Below are positions 25,609 through 38,510 of a stretch of DNA of 64,000 bases, piece after piece; the stretch's first letter is position 1, and each line of letters begins with the position of its first letter. Made by a program: the position numbers and the translations under genes. Under the pieces are notes generated by a model. The model was not told where the DNA came from. It worked only from the letters and a program-made list of their open reading frames with translations, and ran no database searches. Location: positions 18,299,045 to 18,363,044 of the forward strand of contig NC_092680.1 in assembly GCF_964355755.1 (NCBI RefSeq), written 5' to 3'. This stretch comes from Antedon mediterranea. Its lineage: Eukaryota > Animalia > Echinodermata.

Positions 25609-27822
25609 ATTATGATTATTATTATTTTATCATCAATTAATTATGTTATACCTATTTTATATCAACCAAAATAAATGTTAAGCCTGGAGTAGCCTTTACA
25701 ATAAATTAAGGTTTTCGACGTTCTGTAATAATAAAGTAAAATGAATATGTTCGAGTTTTTTTTTCAAAACCAATCAGTCAATATCAATCAACAGCATTGC
25801 TTAAACTAAAATAAGCCCACCGTAGATTTACTATGCGCGTACGTTAGATGTATGTTATTGTTTGTGTTCTTGACGTTCTAATATAAGCTTGAATAGTTGT
25901 AAGGTCTAAGTCGTTCCAGGAATGAGAAAAACGTTGTTTTTACAAAATACGGAAACAATCAATGTTAGTTAACGATAAGTGACATATAAAATTTGGATGT
26001 CACAAATAATTGTACTTTCTACGTATCTCTGCCGCCAGTCTAAGACAAGCCGTGATTCCTACGGTGATCCTTTACCAGGTAAAGCCGTTAAATAACGAGG
26101 CACAAGCCTTATTAACTGCTTCTTCACAGTTGCACACACAAACTATACGCGCGTTCACAACCTCTGAAATCATGTATGCATGCATTAGCTTACGTTCTTG
26201 CTGACAATTTTTTATTTAATATATGGTCTGAAGTGGTATAGTTTTGTACATATACATCTCTTTTAATATAGAGGGTGTCCCAAAGGAGGTTTTTATTGTA
26301 GTTTATCTTTATATTCTATCACATGCTCAAGGAAAACATACATCATACATAGCTACCGGACAATTGTTACAACTTGTGTTTAAACATTAATAATCAGTAA
26401 TACATACTAAAAAGGAGAAATCATTAGAAGGATTATACAATGAAGCATATCAGCTTAATATGTGCAATTTAACGTCTTTTTTTCTTAACGATATAAGGCG
26501 ATTGTATTCGTACGAATCGAAAGCCCTGGTTAATGCGCACGCGTATTAATAATTATACCAATTTACTTTTTTTTTGAAAAAATCGAAATCATATCACTTC
26601 GTTTATTTTGTACGTGGCAAATAAAAGTAGCTCTGCCTTAGGAAAAAAACAGATCAGAGCACGGTTTGATTCGCGTAAATATGGCTGGAGAAAAGTCCGG
26701 GATATGTTACTTTTCCGATAACACGAGTGATTTATCCGAACCGGAATCCGGGCTCAGTGTGAACGAAGCTTAGAGTTACAACCAAATATCTATATTTTGT
26801 CAGAACTTTTTTCTTGTTTACTGCCGTTAAATCACAACAGTCTCATTATCCTGTCATTGAAGTATTAAGAAAATGAAAGCTTACCGTAGCTATATCTACG
26901 GTTATTTCAGATTACGGTTCATTAATAAGAAGTGAATTGATATCCTGGTATATTAATAATCTAAAAGTATGTCAGTTTCAATAAACGTTTTATTTTGACA
27001 AAAGATAATTATTAATAAACTATCAAAATGAATAAAATGTATACAGCTACAAAGTCATACAAAATATAACCAGCGCGTATAATATTGTCATTTAATAATT
27101 AATTATCCTTTTTTAAATCTTTTTTTCCCGTTTGTATAATATAGCCATATATCTGAGTTTCGGTCATGTTGTAAGTCCGTATTGGATTGATTACGTCACG
27201 ACTGAAATGAAATACAGTAACGACGGAAATACACGCCACTAGTGTGTTGGCTGATCTCTCTGGCTGCCGTAACGTGAAGTTAACCGGCTCCTCTCTTGAC
27301 ATTATCCGCCTAGATCGGACACTAACGATAGCCGCGAATTTCACCTTTAAAATGCAAACATTTGTGTGTTTGTGTATGGTACCATCAAGAGATAATGTTT
27401 ACGCATGCGTATAGTCATTATAATTAATTTGCATAAAGTCTCCATTATCAAACGTCTTGCATTTAAACTTACAACTTTGCTTGAACAAATGATATCTACT
27501 AACGCAGCACAGCCAATGCGCTGTACGCAGCCAACTCGTTTCTTCAAATCACCTTCATGTATTGTTTTTTATTTTATACTATAGGAGTTTTTACATATAG
27601 GAAAAGACTAATTTACAAGACTGGAACCACGGTATAAATTGAACGTGCTTTGACATCCAGACTCATTAACGAACTGATCGAGATCAAGAAGCTTTTGACT
27701 TTATGAATTCATCTCTAAGATCATGAGGTACAATTCAACATTTGCGAACTTTTAACGAACGGATTCGAGTCATACCACCACTGGATTACAATAGAATAGT
27801 TGTTGCGATCCGATTAAAAGTG

Positions 27823-28152
27823 ATGTCTTTCAACGAAACCGATCAAGATTACGACATTCGGGATATTTTATACAAAGAAATTCGCAAAAAAGTATTTCCC
27901 GAAACGTTTGAATGGATAATGATCGGTGTGTACGCTGTAGTATTTGTTATTGCGTTAGTTGGTAACTTACTCGTATGCGTTGCGGTAATACGTAACGCAC
28001 ACATGCGCTCACCGGTGAATTTCTATATTGTGAACCTAGCAGTGGCTGATATGCTAGTGATATTAATTTGTTTGCCGTTTTTGCTTACCGTTACCGTTTC
28101 GGATTCGTGGTTCTTTGGTGAAATATCATGTCGCTTTATGCACTACTTTCAG
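27823..28152 (+). CDS. HCRTR: Orexin/allatotropin receptor-like GPCR, coding exon 1 (N-terminus, TM1 to start of TM3)
   Basis: MSFNET...EWIMIGVYAVVFVIALVGNLLVCVAVIRNAHMRSPVNFYIVNLAVADMLVILICLP...WFFG...C...YFQ matches orexin receptor TM1/TM2; donor CAG|GTAAG, phase 0. Confidence 0.9.
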
Positions 28153-29973
28153 GTAAGAGTTTCATTTGTTTTGCTCAATAAAATACTAATCGTAACACAT
28201 TTTTTAAAAAAACAACAAAAAAACACATAACTCGGGCTAAAACATGTTTTCAGTATATTTCATAATAAAATGAATACATGTACGTCAGCGCTTTTATCAA
28301 AGAAATATAACAATACATGGAAAACTATAATTCTTCTATATACTGATTATATTAATTTGGTCGTCCTGAGCCTTGTGTTTAATATAGATTCGAATTAAAA
28401 ACAAATAAAATAAACCAGAAGGGAAATCGGGTCTAAAAGACTTGAAAGAAATTCCTCCTAGAATTATTCTTAAACAGCCAGAGAGAGTGTTATTTCCGGT
28501 GACTCCCTAGACGGTGAAAAAAGATGGTGGATAATGTTTGCTATAGCATGAAAATAAAAATCTGAAGTTGAATAAAAATATCAGAAATGTAATATTCAAG
28601 TTATATTACCTATATTTAGTCATCTGATAACATTTTTTACCACACCGTTTATTTTTCATAGCTTTTTAAAATGCCTCTCTATTTACAATATTTGTGTACA
28701 AAAGAATAGAGATTTTACTGTGTAATTTGAACTATCCCCCATGTTTTTCAATAAATTGTTAATGAACAAAATCAAACAGTTTTGGCCGGAGCCGGTACTT
28801 CAAACAGATGGATGGAAAATACACATGAATGAAAATGTTTACATGAATTATTAATGTTGTTGAAGAACATAGATGTGAAAAAGATCATTGAATAAGTAAT
28901 CACAAGCAACGTCACTGGAATTGAATTTATTATTGATGAAATATTTTTATAGTCAACAAATGGGATTTATAGCAATGTCACATTACGGCAATCAGCATTT
29001 ATTGAATTTATTTTAACTAAATAACCTTCTCATTCAAATAAGCAAATTCATATACAAGATAGTAGTTATAAGTCATACATTAAGGAAGAGGAAAGGGAGA
29101 ATGGTTAAACCTTCAATAAACTGTAATTTACACCGAGACCTACAACATTTAAATATAAACATCAAATTGTTCTAAAATAGCAATCTATGTTACCGAAAAA
29201 AAATGAAATTATAAAATCATTTACCACCCATACAATGATGGCGCCAATCCCCTCCCATCTAACCTCGTACCTCACGCAAATTATGAAAATACCACAGGTC
29301 TATGTTTTTTCATCCATGAAAGCACATCGTCACAAACGTCCCAAGTCCAAAGGTTGGCTGTAAATTAGTGAACACCATATGGTTCTCATATAAGGCTAAT
29401 AATAAGATCTGCATCTATACATGTTTGTATAACTATTTTAATAAAGCTACTTAGCGAATTCATTAATTGTTCCATATGTCGACATTCCAACACTATTCAT
29501 TAATGTACAGTTAATATTTAGCAAAACTGACGTGAAATTCAGGCGGATGAATGTATATATAAAAAAAACTGTCCAGATAAACTGTGGAACACTGGATGGC
29601 TTGTCAGGGGCGTGCTGTTTAGTCTTCGTTAGTCATTAATCTTCTATTCCTCATTTCCAACCTGAGACAGAGAACTTTCACACATGCCAAAGAAAATGAC
29701 AACCATTTCTCTGCTTTCATCACAGTTGTTAATTGAAAAAGGATAGGATAAACATACGAAATTTAAAGTGTTATACTTTTCTAATAGCTCCAATAACTAT
29801 ATTGTCCTGGAAACAGTTGCCTGTGACAGTTACATGGAATGTTCATTTTCTAAACTTTAGTTACAGCTCCTAAAGATGTGCACCTTCCCATGACCGAACG
29901 AACTTTTGCCTTGCTACTACAGTTGAGATTCGAACCCAATTCACCGGTAACATAATATTTCATATCTTTTCAG

Positions 29974-30210
29974 ATGGTATCAGTGTGTGTATCAATATTC
30001 ACGTTAACAGTGATAGCCGTTGACCGTTACCTGGCAATATGTCGCTCATTTCAGTTCCATAGCAACACCAAAAGGACCCTTGCGATAATTGCAATTGTCT
30101 GGATAGTGTCTTTATGCATCGTAATACCAACAAGTTTCCGTACCACACGCAAAAACTTGGCAACTCAGACGTTTTTCCCAGATAAAAATTGGCTGACAGA
30201 ATGCTATCAG
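29974..30210 (+). CDS. HCRTR: Orexin receptor-like GPCR, exon 2 (TM3 DRY, TM4, ECL2)
   Basis: Acceptor TTTTCAG; VSVCVSIFTLTVIAVDRYLAIC, TM4 Trp and ECL2 Cys (LTEC); donor CAG|GTATT, phase 0. Confidence 0.9.
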
Positions 30211-32439
30211 GTATTGTAAAGTTCATGTTTTTAGGTAGCCTTCTTATTTTTACCCTCCTTCCTTTCTTTTGACACCTCCATTCAGGAGACATTCCTTTTA
30301 CACCCGATTCTCGGTACTGTATCTATATGTGCCCAGTATCATAGACATTATATCAAGTCACTTTACCGTGACAGGCAATATATGTTATAACACTACTACG
30401 ACAAACCTCTATTTAAGGGACAGACCTATAGGTGACGCATTGGATCCAGATGGTGTAATAAATAAAGCCTGTTTTCCTATCGATGTTATTGGAATAACGT
30501 CGACAGGAAAACATGCTTTAGGTAAGGTTTCTACTGTACTAAGTCCTAAGTTATCAACTTTGAGGGGGAAAACCAGAAAGGACGGATTCTTGGACGTTTA
30601 TTTTCCAAATGTTTGATAGCTGCTAAAGAGCGAAGAAATAGCATCGTAAACTAATCAATTATTGTCCGTTGTGACAACGATGAGTTATTTGCTAGTAAAA
30701 GTGATAAACCGTTTTTGTAACTAATTTGTCTGATGATATATCTTAATCCACAATTCGAAATTTAGGTAGTTATATTTGTAAAATGTTATTGCTGGAAATA
30801 ATTCGTTTCAATTTCAACTGACCAAGATGATTTTTATAATTATGACTTATTCTATATATATTGTTTATATATTTTATTTTATACTACTAAATTTGACCAT
30901 AATTTGATAACCTTTTCTTTTTAAGTTCAAAATTTTCCTTTTTTTTAAATATGCGTACAAAAGAAGGGGATTCCACCCTCAATGATCAGAAGTTCATATT
31001 TTCAACAACACAAACAAAAATCCAAAAAAATTATTAGAAATGTATATGATCGACCAAAATTGTTTTGCCTGCACCAGATCTTTAAAACTCGCCTAATGAT
31101 TAGAAGTTTAATTAATATCAATCAAAGTAGATGCACATTTTATAAAATGCTTAATTATTAGAATACTGTACAAACTTATCTTATATAATCTATTAATTCG
31201 AAGTTAAAAATAAACTTGCTCAATCTAAATGTTCTTATATTGGAAAATACGCTTTGGATGTATTGATGTTATAATATCCTTTAATACGCATAATACTGTT
31301 AATGTTGATTGTATTAAACCACATCACCTGCCAAACGACCAACTCATGATTCAATCGCTTACGTATTGACAACATCATTAGTTAATGTCGTCAAATAGAA
31401 CTAGTCGACAAAAGACCAAGTTTTTATCAATGTTGGGGACTTTTGTTTGTTTCCACAAGTACGTGGGCCAGCGGCGAGTACGTGCTCAAACGCCATTCTT
31501 TCGTAGGTGAAATTTGAAAATGAAATGAAACGCATGGATCACCGATTCCCCACACCTGTGGTGACCTTAACCCAGTAAATTTATTACAGGGAAAAACCAT
31601 AACATTAACGTTACGTCTGACCTAACCGATTGCTCTGTTAAAATGCCAAGGGCGAAGTACCGTAATATAAAGATTACAAAAAGCATGTCCAGGAGGCATT
31701 GGTATCAATCGAGCGAGGCGTTTAAAATGTATGCCTACCCAGAGAATCGCTTATTCAAGAAAGCTCGAGTTGCTTCATTCGTTCATTTTGAAGGATGGAA
31801 CTAGGTAATCTATCAAAGTTTGAGGCGACATAGAGGGCACTCTAACAATCAATATAATTATCAAACATGACATTTATGTTTATTTAATGGACACTAACAA
31901 CATTGAAAAACTGTTAATTTGTTTGAACTCTCTCGTTGAGTTACTAAATCTAGGTCGAATTACGTATACAATACTATACAAAACTCACTATAATTAATTT
32001 GTATTAAACACGTGGATATTTTGAATGGAATAGTTTTAATTATGGCTGAGGTGAAAAAATGATACGATATATGGGTCATGCAAATCTCATGTTCGACATA
32101 CATAGTACATAATGGTCATTATTATGTTCAAAGTTATGTCGTGTTAATGCATCACGATTGATCGAAGTATCACAACGAATAATGTTATTTGAATTGACAC
32201 GACACGGTTGTAATAATAGTATTATTCTATTCTCACATTTATATTATGCATTAATTAATCCCTCAGGAATAAGACAACCACGGGCTAGATAGCGGACTAG
32301 ACGGAACAAAGTAAAATTATGATTGTTAGAAGATAGAAATCAAATATAGGCCTATATTATTTTATCTTTAATATAAAAATTATTATATATATATATGTTT
32401 TTGTTCAAAATGTATTATAGCGTCGTAAATTTAAAACGT

Positions 32440-32619
32440 TAAACGCGTACTTCCAAGGGAACGTCTATTTATTATTTTGGACGCATTTTGACGCGTTTTG
32501 CAGGTATAGTCGTCCATTTATTACGTTTTTGGATGCGTCTGAACGCGTTTTATAAATGGAACGTCAACGTTGGTCGCGTTTTTGCAATGGAATGTCTATT
32601 TATTATGTTTTTCACTGGG
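32440..32619. mobile_element. Terminal fragment of a CCCAG-ended (EnSpm/CACTA-like) element with subterminal repeats
   Basis: Repeated GGAACGTC(T/C)ATTTATTA...GACGC units ending in CACTGGG; the other end was not identified. Confidence 0.35.
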
Positions 32620-33370
32620 TAAATTTATTTGCGCATAAAAAAGCCTTGGTTTATGCGCATGCATATTTTTATTTCTACCTACATTTTTTAGCTTTAAGTT
32701 TCAGTAATAATCATTGAATCAAGAAATTGCTGTGACTTTGTGGTGTTTTTCTATTTCATTTGATTAAATTATATATGTATTTTTTAATATAATTTTGGTC
32801 CGTTATCAAGGACGTAAACGCAACGCAAGCGTTTTAACCAATGACAAGCGAAGTTATAGACAGTTAGCAATCACAAGTGAATAAGCCATCGCTTGTGATT
32901 GGTCAATTCACTTGCCTTGCGTTACGTCCTTGCGTTGCGTCGCTAGTGGGAACCACGCTTTATGGCGCGGGGAGAAAGAGAGGAGAGAGGTAGGAGGAGA
33001 GACATAAAAGATACTTTTTCTTATGTAGTAAAACTTAAACACTTGAAATAGAGTAATAATATAATTTACTATTTCGACTTTTATGAGCAAGTATAATGTT
33101 AGTGTTTAATATCGATAAGCCCACACAATCATCACAATGAAGATATTTCTCCGGTAAATACAATACGTCAATTATAGTCAATGCTTTGTGCACTTAAAAC
33201 TAAATTTATCGTTATTAGTTGTGATACTTTTCTCAGCTACAAGGACACTGAAGACGTTAATTATGATACTTAGTCATTTGCACTTTACTTAGATAGCAAT
33301 TCAAGTGGTAATAAGTTTACTAAGTGACTACAATAATGAATATACTTTTTTTCTTTTTTTTTGTGTACAG

Positions 33371-33675
33371 GCTGATTGGATTGGAACCCGGATGTACAAG
33401 TCATACCGGGTATTCATCGCACTAGTGACGTATTTCGTTCCATTGACGATCATCTCAGTTTCATATTTTCGGGTGTGCGTTCGTCTTTGGTCGGAAATTC
33501 CAACGGAGGAATATAGTACAGGGACAGTTGCGAATGGACGTAAGAAGTTAGGACGTCGGTTTAGTACCACGCAGGCGCAGGTATTATCGAGGCGTAAAAT
33601 TGCCCGGATGCTGATCGCAGTAGTTGCCGCATTCGGATTGTGCTACTTGCCGTTTAGGATAATCAATCTTATGAG
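33371..33675 (+). CDS. HCRTR: Orexin receptor-like GPCR, exon 3 (TM5, ICL3, TM6)
   Basis: Acceptor TACAG; VTYFVPL...RLW...RRKIARMLIAVVAAFGLCYLP; donor AG|GTCAGT, phase 2. Confidence 0.9.
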
Positions 33676-33891
33676 GTCAGTATGAAGCAAATGCTCATAA
33701 CAAAGTAATATTGTACAATTCAACATCACCTTAAAACTACCACAAATATCAAGAGATTTTCTAAAATAAAGCGGAGAGATTTTGGTAAAATCCGATTCTA
33801 AAGATGGAATGCCCAGATATATTGGACATTGAATTCTTTATTTTTAGAATCGTTTGCGTATGGTAACAATTATATTCAAATCAATGCGTAA

Positions 33892-34052
33892 AGCTCTGTC
33901 TACACTATCAAACTTTATGTGACAAAAATATGTGAGGTGCCCATATCATGGTAGTGATATGCTAAAATATGGTAATGATATGACATCATCATGTCCATAT
34001 ATGGGCACATCACATTTTGTTGTCATATAAAGTTGATAGTGTAGACAGAGCT
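33892..34052. mobile_element. Intact AGCTCTGTCTACACTATCAAACT MITE (PIF/Harbinger-like)
   Basis: Long TIRs with TAA on both sides. Confidence 0.85.
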
Positions 34053-34502
34053 TAATATTTTCAGTTGTCGACACATTTTGACATTCGTATTGACTACAGT
34101 ATTTGGTTCAGTTCTGAAATTTGTAATTGCCACACTATGAAGAGGGCATGTGGAAGCATTCGATTTGCAGCGACGTAGGCCTACAGTAACTATGAATTAG
34201 TTACGTCATGTTAGAGACATTCGGGACTCTCTCGACACAGTTTTGGAGTTGAGACGACCAATGACCCATAATGCACTAAAGAATCAATCGATCATGTAGC
34301 CCTTACTTTACACACTGATTGGCCATTACTTGGAGGTATAACAATTATGGTGATCGGGGTTCTAGTTCTATCAGAGAACACGGTTCTATTCGAAAGCGTA
34401 TTCATACCAATCTTAGTACAGTATAAATAAGTGAGTATTCCCATCATGTCACACACAACATTATAATAATACTAAATCATTATTCTTTCTTTTCATTTAA
34501 AG

Positions 34503-34642
34503 AACATTCGAATATTTCAACAATTTAGACACGTATTCGGATCCGTCGATTGACAGACGAGTTCATATATCAATACTCGTCTCCTACCTACTGGTGTATA
34601 TGAACAGCGCCATCAATCCGATTATCTACAACTTTATGAGTG
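34503..34642 (+). CDS. HCRTR: Orexin receptor-like GPCR, exon 4 (ECL3, TM7)
   Basis: Not in the ORF track; reads TFEYFNNLD...SYLLVYMNSAINPIIYNFMS with NPxxY; donor G|GTAAGT, phase 1. Confidence 0.9.
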
Positions 34643-35029
34643 GTAAGTAAAACATTAGTGAAAGCCTATTTGTTCATTCAAGTGCCGCGGTTACGTCACC
34701 AATTATCAGCGTCTGATTTGATCAAAGCCTCTAATAAATTTCAAATATGAACGGGAGCATTGTAGACCCAAATAAAAACTGTTGTGCAAATTAGAATCAA
34801 ATGAAAATAACTGTTCTTGAGTTCAACTCAATTTTTGAAACGGTAATCTTACCGCTGAATAGGCATATAGAGGTGGTGTCCTTTGAATAGGGGTGATGTC
34901 CCTTTAAATAGGGGTGTTCCAAAAAGAGGTTCACTTCAAATGCGACCGTCCTGCTTCAACCTAAGCTCAGCCTCAATGTACATTGTGTTTATTAAATATA
35001 GGTTAGTAATATATATTTTATCCCAACAG

Positions 35030-35274
35030 CAAAATTTCGGAGAGAATTTCGGTCTTCTTTATCCTGTTGCAAGATATGTTGTGATACAAGTCGTCGACCA
35101 TTAATAAAGCCATCGAATCTGATCAGCCGCCAGGCCACTTTAGTTACTCACACACCGGTTCCATCAGACAGCAGAAACAATCGAGCAGCCGAAGTAACCG
35201 AGTTTGTACCGATGCTACAACACCATCAAGCTGGGATGTCACGGAAAGACCACCACTGCATAACGCAAGCGTAG
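35030..35274 (+). CDS. HCRTR: Orexin receptor-like GPCR, terminal exon 5 (helix 8, C-tail)
   Basis: Acceptor CCCAACAG; AKFRREFRSSLSCCKICC...TQA* continues NFMS like the orexin receptor NFLSGKFREQF motif; total CDS 1257 nt; AATAAA at 35734. Confidence 0.85.
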
Positions 35275-35304
35275 ATTATTAACGTGTGCACCATACCATA
35301 CTAA

Positions 35305-35495
35305 AGGGCCTTTCACACCTGTTCCGGCACGGTTCCGGTCCGGCGAATCGAACGCCAGTGTTTCGTTTTCACGACGCTCCACGCGGCCAAGCACCAATCG
35401 ATATGCGCGTAGCCGCGTAAAAACGAAACATTGACGTTCTATTGGATTTGCCGTCGCCGGACCGGAACCGTGCCGGAACAGGTGTGAAAGGCCCT
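35305..35495. mobile_element. Young palindromic MITE in the receptor 3' UTR
   Basis: Perfect 42 bp TIR AGGGCCTTTCACACCTGTTCCGGCACGGTTCCGGTCCGGCGA; a degenerate half-copy lies at ~10170-10243. Confidence 0.9.
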
Positions 35496-38434
35496 TTAAG
35501 CGAGAAACTATATAACGTAATGTCGGTATAACGCGCACAAAGAAAGCTTTCAAGCGTATCATAAAGTTGGAATTTCAATACGGAAACCCTGTGGAAAGCA
35601 TACTTGAATTGCGGAGAATACTCATGCAACCGAAAATTAACCAAAACTAACCTATATTGTAGCATGGATACAATCATTGAGTTGCCTACTGTAAACTACG
35701 TATGTTGTATGTACCGGGTGCCGGTGGTGTTATAATAAAAAATGCCATCATCTTTTTTATTTATTAAAGTTATATACAATATTCTAAATGAGAAACATGC
35801 GTACAAAACAATTGTACTTTATGGTCTCGTTCGATCATAATGGGGCTTTGCTATGTCGAGAGTCGCAGCGCACCAATAACGCAACAAGTTTAATATTATT
35901 TTGTTGGGAAAAATTCTTGAGAATGTTAAGAGAAAAGCTGGGAATGTCATGGGTTTTCCCCTTTTGCGATGTTTCCGCCACAAGGAGCATTCACAGGACC
36001 GATTTGGTTCAAATAAGCGGATGATATTATAACTCAATAATTGAAAAGTGCTCGTTTATTTTGAAATAGTTAATGGGAGGTTGTTTATACGGTAATTACA
36101 TTATTGCTTGCCTTTGAATGCACGCGTCACTTTTCTCTCTGACACGGACGAATTATTGAACAAATACAAAAGATACGTATTTATCACATAAAACGATAAA
36201 TGATTTATGATGAATGATTCTTGATTCAAAAATGATAAATGATTTATGATGTTTTTAAACAAAACATAATGGAGTATAAATGGTTTAATTATTTTGCTGT
36301 GACGTCAGTCCTCGAAAAAGGCAATCCATCAAATAAGGTCAATGATTTAAAGAGGCAGGCTAATCAGTACTACAAAAAGTGCTCTATTAATCTGTGGTAC
36401 GTTTAACTTCATCATAAATAAAACGCGTAAATGTTGTCAGAAAAGCCCTTTACGGGTAAAGCTACGTTTCACAGAACGGAAGAAGACGGCGCCGTGTTGT
36501 TTTAAATCATATATACAGAATTGAACGTCTTCCGTTTCGTGAAACGAATGTAGTTTTAGTCAACTGCTAATATCACTCGATTCTTTGCACTGTATCTCCA
36601 CATATGATTCCAAGTATGATAACCACGCACGTTTAAGTCGAGCGCACACTGAAAACAATCGTCATCATGTGCGTTGTTCTACTAGGGTTTCCTTCCGTGT
36701 TAAAAGTTAGGTATCGTTATGTACAGATGTGTTATTATTAGGTATCAATACATATTGATAAGAATGCTAATGACAGATGTAGGACCTACCACCGGTGTGA
36801 CAATGATGTATGCGACTACAATAGACATTTTACATAATGACTTGACCTAATGTTCCGACATCTCACTAGACCAAAAGAATAGACAGACTATAGACACGAT
36901 TACTTACAATTTGTAGTATTTGTAAAAACAATGGAATCAAAAAATTGTACCATATTTACGGACGAGAACATTAGCGTAGCTGATAATATATATATACAGG
37001 AATACAAGGACAGAATGTATATAATTTACGAATTTATTAAATAACAAACTGTATTTCTACAATTTAATTTCTAAATATCGTGCAATTTACCACGACAAAA
37101 CGACCATGCAGCAGACATGTATTATTTCAAATAATGAAAGGTTGTCGCGTGAAAGTATGTCGCATAATTCGATATTATAAAATACTGTGAACTCATCCCA
37201 AATATGCACAAGATTTTCTTCGAGGCAATTATAGGATATTTGCAATATGTTCATAGCAAAATTAAAAATCAATCAGGCACTACATACTGTAGCACTTGTC
37301 ACATGTTTGCGCTCTGTGGGTAACCAACTTATGGTATATCAAAGTAGTAACTTTACTAAAACTGCACGCGGCCGGCTTTTCATCTTTTAAATTTGAATCG
37401 ATGTATTTTTAAAGATACATTTTTAAAAAGAATGTCAACCGACACTGACCTTTTCATTGAAACGTTTTAATTTTTTTTTTCAAATTTAATTTAGTGCACC
37501 TTTAACTCGACTATGTTTACATTTACAACAAAAACGTAAATCATCTTGGCTCGTGCGTCAGCAAGCCTTTACCATTAGTAAATTTCATAGATGCATTTTG
37601 ACAGCATTATTCCCCCTGGTCACGTGGTAATTGCATTGCAAAAGCTATTATAGGAGAAATCTAACAACATCGTTGGCTCCCTCACTTTAAGCCTGTTTAA
37701 CATTTGCTCACTGGGACATTCATTGCATAAACAGGTCTTGATAAGTATTTGGATAGAAAATAAATATTATTCACGGCAAAGGTGCAATGTCACTCCTTGG
37801 CTGCAAAATGACATTTTTAATGAATTTATACAATGCGATTTATAATATAATTTTTAAAACATCTTTATCATTATCACTGGATGGCAGCCAATTTCAGAAA
37901 CATTATACGTAATCAATTAAAATTGGTTTGTTTTGTTCTGATGCAAATCAAGTTATAATTTTCTGTTGATAAAATTATATAATTTGGGTAACAATAAGTG
38001 ACCTACTACCCTAAATTCAGAAATAATTTCTTACAATTTAACTTTATTTCGTTGCGATACATTACATGCGATTGCCATATCGTATCAAGATATGAATCAA
38101 AATGTCGGTTCACGTATGTTTAAAATTACTGTAATGTGTGAGGGAGATTTTCCTTACAAACCTTAGGCGTATCTGACTAACCGATTAATCTGTTCTTCTG
38201 TTGGAAAACAAAAAGTAGGCCTTATATGTACGAACGTCAACCAAGAAATAATAATATAGGCCTATCAATGGAAAACTTTAAGTTCTATATAATGACATCG
38301 TCAAAATGCTTCACTCAGGCTTAAACTTATCCGGGTAGCGATTTTTTTTTTTCGTACATAAGTTATGTGAAAGCCGAACTATAATAACTAAACCTAACCC
38401 AGTAAATAATCTCTCTCTCGCTATAAAGTATAAA

Positions 38435-38510
38435 GATTCGGATATGGGATTCGAACCCCATACATCGACATGTAACGTCGATAGTCTAATCCACTCGACT
38501 ACACAGACGG
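38435..38510 (-). pseudogene. tRNA-like sequence (SINE head or tRNA pseudogene)
   Basis: TAGTCGAGTGG A box, TCGAC-gttacat-GTCGA anticodon-like arm and GGTTCGAATCC B box; acceptor stem does not pair well. Confidence 0.5.

Noticed and set aside
25310-25615. 101 aa KRVKGPLRE-repeat ORF
   Set aside because: It is a translation of the 30 bp satellite; the frame is broken by A-tract length changes elsewhere in the array.
27742-27822. Upstream TTG start of the 162 aa ORF
   Set aside because: This is a bacterial-style start call; the ATG at 27823, followed by the N-glycosylation sequon NET, is the plausible start.
35788-36024. EKFLRMLREK as the receptor's helix 8 exon
   Set aside because: There is no AG acceptor in the right place; 35030-35274 has a proper acceptor and a better AKFRREF match.
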